The translations under genes were made by a program, and so were the position numbers. The notes beneath the pieces are model-generated. The model made no database searches. It was not told the DNA's origin and saw only the letters and a list, made by a program, of their open reading frames with translations. From Macrostomum hystrix (Eukaryota; Animalia; Platyhelminthes), in contig CATNEN010000005.1 in NCBI GenBank assembly GCA_950097015.1, positions 3,844,001 through 3,908,000 on the forward strand: a stretch of 64,000 nucleotides of DNA, in the 5' to 3' direction. Numbering within the stretch: position 1 is the stretch's first letter; each line of letters begins with the position of its first letter. Below, in pieces: positions 46,601 through 54,072 of this stretch.

Positions 46601-47744
46601 CGAACAATGCTCCAGCTGTCAGCACTGGGTCTGTGCCGATTGCAAAACAGTCGACGACATCCTTCATAAGGACAGAGACTGCGCGCAGTTTAAGTCAGCA
46701 AGCACAATGGTAGGAAGGAATTCGCAACTGATCAAAGCAGCCGAAGTATTCGTCCGGCAGAACTGGCCCGCAGATATGCCACAAATCTGCGCGATCGATC
46801 CGAATCCCGGACTGCTTAGCGACCCTCAGTGCCCCGCGTTCAAAGCTTTTGTTTGCGGTTTGCTTTCACTGGGTCGTGGCGCTTTGAGCGAATCTGATGG
46901 ATTTTTCGCCTACCATGGAAGTTCTGCCGAGGCACTCAAGCAAATCTCTCACTATGGATTCGATCCGAAAAGACGATCGGGCCAAGCTTGTGGTCCAGGA
47001 GAATACTTTGGTGTGTCTCCAAGCATTTCAAGAGGCTACACACGAAACTGCGGCGCGATGATTGTTGCCTTCTTGCTGCAAGGAGGCCCTATCAGTCATC
47101 AGCCCGGGTTTTGCTACGTTGTGAACAACCCAACTGATGGCTCAAAGGCGTTTAATCTCCCAGTTTTGGTTGTCTACTTTGATTCTACAACTCCGCGAAT
47201 CGACTTTATTAAACCCTCCTGCGTAAGCTCTGATAGAAGCGACAACGACAAATGGACTTCGCCATTCAGATGGCATTGGTTGAAGGACAATGGCAGCTTT
47301 GAGCCCTACAATGACGATATTAATCGTCTTCTAGAAACACACTACGATGCGCACAAGACGAGGGGCGGACCTTCTGAGATTACTACTCCTGCGATAATAC
47401 GCTACGTTGATGACATTCCACAGCAGTACATCATCAGCTATGCTGTAAACACACAGAAGAACTCTAAAACTGGCTATATTCGCCCAATTCAGCGCCAACA
47501 AGTTCACGTAGCCAGTGTGACGAACACCTGGGAGTTCCGTTCTGAGAGTGGCATCTGGCAGCCGTTTGAGAGCCTGGCCCAGCCGCGCATTCAACAGGCG
47601 TACCAAGCCTACATCCAGGGAGCAGGGAGCTGCAGGGTGGCAGTTCAATTCCCAGGCCGTCCGGAGACATATGAATTGGACTTCCTACTAGGTCAGCAGA
47701 AAAACCTGCAAAGCGGAACCATACGGTTCATCAGGAAGAACTAG
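40686..47744 (+). CDS. 2352-aa intronless multidomain protein (copy 2, inverted paralogue of 23353-30381)
   Basis: Uninterrupted 7059-nt ORF with the same domain order and motifs (GSGKT ~42876, DEAH ~43149, RING ~46319, ART HG ~46914, WWE from ~47265); AATAAA ~100 bp after the stop. Confidence 0.93.
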   Translation: MASLPPPLMRSASGAQQVRLCSVQITGLAPGVTPEKLRASFNQRAGRFVVLDATKQRNKNAWCAFLNELTEEEADEFQRKWNKMTLPGTSNKVECQVNRSRDASAKNQNLNPKTPFQKPEKANVQILGLPPNSRAEDLASRLGQKAGQFTVLPEDKQRDKTSWCAYLNGLTIDEAREFQTRWNNQLIPGTETKLKCQVLSNRETEEPKVAKTSQQPNCSVKISGLPPNVSISFLKTIFRQRADQFVVPPESKQRNKNDWCAFINGLLDSEAQSFASQWDLYKIKDTQFVLHCKVKRPVKATPINLSNKPGPSSVSSTLLKQSERLGASVTSSMSSVCTTQSDLPKRRGTLCRHNITGTCKFGDDCQNIHFACPSDKDCDDDECCLGHSPGVKTEKEAQVEGEMRLCIFYRSGICKYDSQCQFKHIGCSEGEECEDFTCYFGHPLGWGSAFSDPNECSVDCDDLQCQKSHPIGRSRPCRFGDKCFNVECRFLHPVSRNICDVGDMCEEFDCTKLHSASRKKLCGQEAKCSDVHCELLHPISRQVCENKKTCSDFDCKKLHDHGRLKKCRSGSKCKLAFCPWLHPKNRAVCKLGEKCDQIDCSELHPPGRVKPCKFRERCWNQNCEGLHPEAWNPCPDGLGCRDVSCSCTHSPRRPVPCPQGSDCSDRECSRLHPEMSKVQHAFKPLRSSSLKSEHQRRIDREANQLPVLSCRDEFLQRLQKEKVLIVRAETGSGKTTQLPQYAAEYFGGLVICTQPRVMAAISIAQRVADEFDGCDVGESVGFKVGGDNSTLGTDIMFMTEACLIRYCQDNDSLNNVSVLIIDEAHERSLNVDIVLGLAKLIRNKRPDNFYVVIASATIDPRQFRDFFNCDVLEIPGRMHIVSLEYIPPTAEGNPDKFIISHLVPNLVRVLTTHTEGYALVFLPGEKEIQEAIKAFEQQRTEDNWVALPLYGSLPRDQQMKVLDFKPSQDSDRLIAFCTNVAETSLTINGVRLVVDSGLAKESRFDAKRRITVLELKQISQSAADQRKGRAGRTAPGHCVRLYAEETVRNAQFIPEILRSSLDLVILQLVKLKLRPLDFPFLDKPSEDMLVYSYQTLVDLDCLTRENSGRLSQVGELFAELGLDPRLSAFVARAHQRFDQLGLATTIACILTAPGSLFFLGRDKEKSAALQKRALEVFGYESDILYEVSVFDSWASSGKLVGGRCADCGKAARKFQDSCRSCRVGHSNANKLNNKVIEHIDKSRNSILKTIKKSRWFSECQVESNCEDAVFVVSSCLEQVLPEQVSCLLVRHLPSEGVKILTSDVRARISNTSVFAQRAQDCQYFIAMRVIQAVSGMYMVDCLHPVRDPKTISDRQSHPLQTLFTEQNVSANFFRLLKDEIFSNKSQLTEEQRKWIVLSHNADEASLHVFGKSTDKQKLQTVLKSLLIDRRRRLLKEETEVAIKEIYKVTLSGGLRVEKFIFVKSTRSENISLRPHQHESDDGECIGTSNGLTQLLLTAPFGTDESQIRSISESIDKIRHVNKNRRGRESKSFKILNLPAHWTEANVKELISLAEFGQASTMIHFYPPKQASIGSSSALVRVGGADQGDSLASLSKVVQSIEPFQIQLQRKSDGRPFTKTVSPEVKCYEEKVTQEKFDIKFRDSKSAISFFNKAREGSIPNFLAEWCASVYVSHSNLFPDLEDLIVRSFDATVTHAESKKPDGTLEIRLFGPDHDKTNLVANKLRGLFLPTTIRYFSSKERTLFFEIKNSGLFDRWMNELKLACEFKDDRSFRVFGPKVSQGTLMRNIADEFAKIESRYRLIPLDAATAQLFRRGLAGDSMLKDLQKKWDDKCFIKFLFHSSEIEIYARNDAQVISPCVKELTDLISKLGGKKKFGTKTCVLCNSETATESFFVCGHSFCRCVKSWLQSATATPICCPKCQTEISINEIKRLALDFEALVKQIVAQHVAQDKSMDIACCIVRGCDGFVKKNAYEQCSSCQHWVCADCKTVDDILHKDRDCAQFKSASTMVGRNSQLIKAAEVFVRQNWPADMPQICAIDPNPGLLSDPQCPAFKAFVCGLLSLGRGALSESDGFFAYHGSSAEALKQISHYGFDPKRRSGQACGPGEYFGVSPSISRGYTRNCGAMIVAFLLQGGPISHQPGFCYVVNNPTDGSKAFNLPVLVVYFDSTTPRIDFIKPSCVSSDRSDNDKWTSPFRWHWLKDNGSFEPYNDDINRLLETHYDAHKTRGGPSEITTPAIIRYVDDIPQQYIISYAVNTQKNSKTGYIRPIQRQQVHVASVTNTWEFRSESGIWQPFESLAQPRIQQAYQAYIQGAGSCRVAVQFPGRPETYELDFLLGQQKNLQSGTIRFIRKN

Positions 47745-49257
47745 CTGCTTCGTTTGACCTTTACTTAGTACTTACAGTTCTCCATTGGTCGACAAATGTC
47801 CTGAATGTCCCAGCGCTCAAATGTAAAGTGTTCAGAAGATTTAATAAAATCATTCAAGATTGCATCGATAAAGGATAGTAACGAACATATATAGAAGTAG
47901 GAATTATATAACTACTAGGAAAATTCATGCATTCTCACTTTAATGTTGCGTCTTATCATGGATAGAGATCACGTTACTGCGTGTATTACGAGCTAGTATA
48001 TTTCAGGTAATTTTTTTAATTTGAATAACAATTGTTTGCTGGTGAACGGATGCAATATTTTCGTTTTTCAAGTTTTTTCTCAAGTACCACTGGGAGTAGA
48101 ATGACGGGAAACTACATTTCTTAGAAAAATAACTGAAGGCTGGTTTTCGCGATATAATACACGACGGAGATAGAAAGAGGCAGATAGAAAGCTGTTCTAT
48201 TGATTGCCTAACATGTTGCTTATCCGAACGTTATAAAAGTTTTGTACATGACCTATCATAAGTCTGAAATTTAATGCACCACAGACAAATTGAATTTATT
48301 TATTTATACTTTTTCTAAGAAACGTAGTTTCCCGTCCTTCTACTCCGAGTGGTCCCTGGTTTTTCTTTTAAGAAACGCTATAATATTTACCTCATATAAT
48401 ATTTCTATGATTATTTCTTATCTTTGATTTCGCTTTAATTTTCGATATAAAATCACTTTTAATAAATTAAGACTTCTAGTAAAATATCATCATGATCATT
48501 TTTTAATAGGATGGAAGTATAATAACTATTGAGTGGCAGAGGCATTCGTTAAATAATTAAATTATATTTCAAATCGCACGATATTTTACGAGGCTCATAA
48601 TTACGAAATGCTTGTTTTATTCCGAAAATATTTTTCCAATTTTTTTATTCCTGAATCTGAAAGCGCGTATCATTTGTTCTGAAATATATCATGGAATAAA
48701 CTCAACACATAAATTAATCCGAAAAATTCAAAGACGATCGCACCAGATTTTTTCGTTGTATAAAATTAGTTGATCACGCAATTAATTTTGTGATTTATTA
48801 TGGGCATGATACAATGTTCACAGAATGAGCAACGCGTGGACAAAACAGAGTATTGAACTTAGACTGTTGGGTAGTTATTGGGTCCTGATTGAGTGATGTA
48901 TTTTAGAGATTTTAACTCCAGACTCTATTTCAGATGTTGGAAGAATATCTTTGGGAATCGAAGTGAAGGTCAGAGGTGCATGGGGGCGTGTCTTAAGAGC
49001 TCTGAGCAGAAATACATTTTATGTCACCACAACTATAGACAGATAGACTTCAGCAAGATATCATGTTAATACTCAGTTCTTCTGCAAGACAATTCCATTG
49101 CTAGGATTGTACTATTTTATTATAAAAAATGTCGGGTTGTATCCATGCAGGCTTAAATCATGGACCAATTTGAACTACGAGTAAAAGATGGACAAGGAAG
49201 GACACAGATTTCTAAATTAACATATTTGATTGTCTGACATTCGGTTGAGTCCATGAG

Positions 49258-50255
49258 TCAAAGCTTTCTCCAAGCCTCAATCTCGTCCTGAGTGCCCTCT
49301 GGCGGAAATTGCACCTCGAATCGAAACGGCTCGCCAATTCTCAGCAACGGATTCACGTACCACTTGTCGTTGACTCCGTCTAAGAAGCGATTCAAATGCG
49401 GCAGTCGCAGCAGTTCTGGCAGCGAACGGACCAGGAAGTAACTCTCGCAGACGACCTGGCAAGGGCTGCTGTGTGCCTTCGAGTTGGATTCTGCTTCGTC
49501 TAATGTGAGGAAAACGGAGATGCTCTGACGTTGGTACACATGAGGGTGCATCTCCTGCGTGAGATTGGGAATCGGAATTAAATAGAGGCCGTGCAGGTAG
49601 ACTTTGCAGTTTTGTTTAATCGGAGCAAGTTTCATCTAGGTACAATTACTTCGATGATATAATCAAGACTTATTATTCGACGATCTTTACAAAAACCAAA
49701 GAAAGAAACAATCGGATCTCCAAAGAATCAAATGACGTCGAAGAGAAAGACAAGACTCTGCTGTAAAATTGGTATCAGAATAATCTAATCCAAATTGTAT
49801 CAATTGGATGTCCACAGACTGAACAGCTGTACGACAAGGCTTTGATAGCGATACGCATTAGCTTTGGAGAATTCCGTTTGAGGTACAGACCATTTGAAAT
49901 CAATTCAGATCAGATTAGGCTTTGATAGCGATACGCATTAGCTTTGGAGAATTCCGTTTGAAGTACAGACCATTTGAAATCAATTCAGATCAGATTAGAA
50001 GCGAATAAAACGAACCAATTGATCCAAGATCTCCAGTTGTTCGTCGTTGACAACAAAGACTTCGCCTTGGACTAGTTGTCCCTGGCCAGGAAATGGAAGC
50101 AGAAATGGAATGTTATACCTGCTGCCAATCACCAGGGGGTAGGGTTCCGTCGTGATTGCCTTTCCAACAAAGACTGCGTCAGACAGAAGGCGATTGTTGA
50201 AGTTGCCGCGCTTCAGAGTGCCGTAGACAAAGACCCGATGCTCGGCGGTGGTCAT
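49258..50255 (-). CDS. GGACT: Gamma-glutamylamine cyclotransferase-like protein (~178 aa). Exons 50255-50016 and 49554-49258
   Basis: VFVYGTLKRG motif, YPLVI..YNIPFLL and V.GEVF; the GT-AG phase-0 junction gives LDQL|EMHP with the catalytic-position Glu; ends CESYFL..LPHL. Confidence 0.88.
49837..49998. repeat. Direct tandem duplication of 80 bp in the GGACT intron
   Basis: AGGCTTTGATAGCG...CAGATCAGATT occurs twice with one mismatch. Confidence 0.95.
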
Positions 50256-50380
50256 GACGGTTGAGCTGTGTGGAGTGAGGACGGGATCCAAGCTTGTAAT
50301 TTGAGATTGCCAGGTTGACCAATTTATTATTAAGCCAAGTGAGACCCAAGGCATTGTGACCGATGCCCAGAAGAAGCTCC

Positions 50381-50599
50381 CAAATCCACGGTGGAACCCA
50401 CAAATCCACGGTGAAACCCACAAATCCACGGTGAAACCCACAAATCCACGGTGGAACCCACAAATCCACGGTGGAACCCACAAATCCACGGTGAAACCCA
50501 CAAATCCACGGTGGAACCCACAAATCCACGGTGGAACCCACAAATCCACGGTGGAACCCACAAATCCACGGTGAAACCCACAAATCCACGGTGGAACCC
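50381..50599. repeat. Minisatellite, 20 bp unit (CAAATCCACGGTG[G/A]AACCCA), 11 units
   Basis: Directly visible, ~125 bp upstream of the GGACT ATG. Confidence 0.97.
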
Positions 50600-51061
50600 T
50601 TAAATTCTTGGTGGAAATCTGCAGAAATGTCTCGACCCTAATTTCATAGTGAAACATCCTGCAAACTAGCCATACCATGTTAAATGACATATTTTATGGA
50701 AATATAACAATCTAATAAATTGCTTTCTAAGAAATATATTTCATCAATAAAAAGAGCATTTAAAGTCTTAATACAGCAACGAAGCAGTTGTCATACAGAA
50801 ATAATCTTAATAATAAGTGAAAATCATAAAAAAACTATCGCGATTAAAAATTTCATTTAATATAAATACTCTAAAAAAGTTACCATAACTAGGCATGACG
50901 AAGACACACATTTACGAGTATATATTTTAAAAATATAAATATTTGGATTACTCACTAATATATACTACAATTTCCTGTCAGCACTGGCGCACTAGGTGAC
51001 AGTGGGTGGGCCCGAAGCCAACGAGGAGGCAATTCTGCATATTCCGCTGAATTCTAAGCAC

Positions 51062-51295
51062 CAAAGAACAGGTACTGTACACACGCATACACTCACACAG
51101 GTGTGTACATGGGCACTGACATTCTCATCAGGTCAGGCAGTGTACACTCTCACTGTGCCTTGGAGGTTGGCCCTCAAGGGAGTAAATTGCACGACATGCC
51201 CCCAAGCACAGATGAATGTGGCCTCGTCGCGGAATCGAGCTCAGGGACCTTGGTGCGAGAGGCAAACGCCTTAGACCCTTCTGCCACTGACACCC
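51062..51295 (-). mobile_element. SINE family A copy
   Basis: Near full-length reverse complement of 6431-6692, including the GGGTGTCAGTGGCAGAAGGGTCTAAGGCG head. Confidence 0.82.
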
Positions 51296-52203
51296 TAATA
51301 AAAACCAATGCAAAGCTATTGATTTACATATGTATTTTTCATACTATGTATTTGACAATGTATTTAAAAGAGCATTCTACATGCCCTCTTACGAAACACG
51401 TTGTACGACATCTCAGATAAACAATTAAATTACGCTCATAAGGCTCACTGTCAGGGCTGAGTGTATCGGAAAGACCATGATAACTAGAAAGGTGATTGAA
51501 TGTCATTCGGCTGTCACTGAGCATATGACTCATCGTCAACCGCGTGCTGAATCTGAGCCATTATCTCTTGGCGTCGATTGATCGCGCTGGGACCAATGAT
51601 TCGAGGCATGAATGGCAGGCCCAGAACACCCTCGTAGTATCTGCAATTGTTTAGATACAGCTAGCCATTGATAGACGTTTACACGGCGGAACTATATAGT
51701 GCTGTCCAAATCGAAAGTGAAAATTTTTCGAAACCATACGTTGCTTAAAAGAAGAGAAAAAAAGAAAATGATAATACAATTATTTGAGAAAGAAAATTTC
51801 TGTCCTCGAAAAGATAGGTGGTTGAAACCTCGCAATATTTTGTTTGAATAAATAAATAAAACAATGCTAAAAAAGATGCGCTAAAACTTGAGAGCTGTTT
51901 AGGGCTAGTGAAATTTTATTATCAATAAAATTTTAGGTGCTAGAAAGTTGCAATTGCCTTTCACGAGGTCGTAATAGGAAATCAAAATCAAAAGTAAAAC
52001 TATGTCCTTATTTTAATCTTCTGACTCTTTTTGGCTGCAAAGGTTCGAAGTCGTTTCTATTTTTAGAAACATTGATTGGGGAATCCCTCTCAAAACACCC
52101 TCAGCCCCTAGTCACGTGATTGAAAACAACCAATCAAATTTTAGTGACCAATTTCCGTTCAATTATTTGTTCAGACTTGTTTTAAGACTGCAAAATCTAG
52201 CCT

Positions 52204-52635
52204 CTACATGTACCTTGGTATGGTTGGCAGCAACAACAGGTGCTGTCTTGGTCTCTGGAGAAAATAAGAACCGCATTCCAATGTCGCGTCATTTGTAACA
52301 ACACCAAGCTCGGCCAATTTGAGTTGATCCGGCTCAACCAGTTCAACGAGCAGTTTCTCTCGACGGTACTGCTCAGGATGACCTTCGAAAGCGTCGACTC
52401 TGGAGATATCCTGAACACCGTAAACTTCGCCGAGCACTCGATGACCTCGCCCGGGAAAATTCAACATCGCCGGAACATTGTACTCGGAGGCAACAACCAG
52501 CGGATAGGCGGATATTGTTCTGCCAGTACCGACTAACTTGGCTCCGATTTGTTCCATGCGAAAGCCGTTGGGCTGATCGGATTTCAGGGTGCCATAGGTG
52601 AACACCAGTTGGAAACGACCGCTAGCAGCTGGCAT
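52204..52635 (-). CDS. GGACT: Second GGACT-like paralogue, single exon (~143 aa)
   Basis: VFTYGTLK, YPLVVASEYNVPAML, RVLGEVY, VDAFEGHPEQYRR (catalytic-position Glu), ECGSYFL. Confidence 0.85.
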   Translation of the reverse strand: MPAASGRFQLVFTYGTLKSDQPNGFRMEQIGAKLVGTGRTISAYPLVVASEYNVPAMLNFPGRGHRVLGEVYGVQDISRVDAFEGHPEQYRREKLLVELVEPDQLKLAELGVVTNDATLECGSYFLQRPRQHLLLLPTIPRYM

Positions 52636-53754
52636 GGGCAACCGGCCGAATGTCGAACTGGAAAAAACATTTCAAGAGACAAGATAAGAGTTAATTAGTG
52701 TACATCGTGACTGCGATATTAATTACAAACTTGGTCATCTGGGGATAATTCGCAGTATCAATTTATAGGTATAGTTCAGAACTTCAATTTGGGGGCATCG
52801 TTTTGAGTTTTTTTTTAGGATGATTAAAAGTATTGAAGATAAATCAGTACTCGATTTGAGGAAAAAAAATTTTTTCACGCGGGAATTCTTAAGTTTTAAT
52901 TTTGAGGTCTGATTCTTGGGTCATTCAAGTTTTGGGGTAATTGAATGCTTCTTATCAGGGTTTCTGGCCTTTTAAAATAAAATTATTGTTCTAAGACTTT
53001 TGCGGTAAATTATTTATAACCTAAAATAAATGTAACACTTCAAAAGTGCTTAGTTTCATACTTATTAAATACTCATATATTATTTATTATAGGTTATTTG
53101 TGATAACATTACGTAATTTATTTCATTCTTCGCTTCAAACGGCGAGGCTGTTGGAGTGAACGATGGCAGTTGAAAAAGACGAACAGAAAATTAAGGCGGT
53201 GACAAAACTAGTGAACGTTAAAGAAGAGATACACTTACAGATAAAAAGTCTTAATCATTTGGTTAATTTGCTGTAGCAATGGACGGAACAAACCCTTATT
53301 AGCTATGAAGGCATAATTATCTTGAAGCTAAAAAATGAAAGTAAACGAATATTTTTTGTTATACTCTAAACAGGACGGACAACTAGAGCGAAAAAAGAAC
53401 AAAAAAGCAATGGAAAAACTGCTTTTATTTTAAAATCGATGTTCAAAACGTAAACTTGAACAGGTTGGGTTTAAGAAAAGCAAGCAGAAAAAAAGAAATT
53501 TACCACTCTTAGAAGAGCGTTTAAGGCAGATTGATGTTGATTCAGGCACTTACAAAAGACACATTTGACGACAAACAATGTTAAAATATTTATTGACGTA
53601 CGAGTAATTGACGCAAAAACACCAGGCCTAATTTTTTTCCTAATTTGCGCTGTGAAAAAATGCGACAAAACCTGTAAACCATTATCAAAGGTAGTAAGTA
53701 ATCAGAATGCCATTTTGTTAAATTTTTTACATTATTTTTAGCGCATCAAAGAAT

Positions 53755-53895
53755 TAGACTCACGACTTAAAGGTCTGGGGTTCGATTCTTGGTCCCACAG
53801 GCACAACTTGTGTCCGAGTAGCGGACACTTAACTCAGAATTGTTTCATTTCACCCAGGTGTTAGTCCGCCCAGTCCATGGACTGAACAGTTGCGA
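53755..53895 (+). mobile_element. SINE family B copy (truncated/diverged)
   Basis: GACTCACGACTTAAAGGTC..GGTTCGATT..GACACTTAACTC..CACCCAGG..ATGGACTGAACAG match the 12203-12513 element. Confidence 0.65.
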
Positions 53896-54072
53896 ATAAG
53901 AATGTGTATTAAAACAAAAATTAATTTTTTTCTTAATGATTTTAAGTCAGAATTCATATACTACTGCTAAAAATGAGTTATTAAAAAGTAGTTATGCATT
54001 GCAAAGACAGTTTAGAACAAAAAACATGAATTTTTCGACTTTTCGATTCTACAACTAAAGCCCATAGTAACG

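Noticed and set aside
23427-47670. Many short ORFs overlapping or antisense to the two giant genes, duplicated in both arms
   Set aside because: Shadow ORFs of the main CDS; their duplication simply follows from arm identity.
49995-50690. 231-aa ORF with (CGFHRGFVGSTVDLWVPPWI)n N-terminus fused to GGACT
   Set aside because: The N-terminal part is read-through of the 20-bp minisatellite; the conserved protein starts at the ATG at 50255 and splices at 50016.
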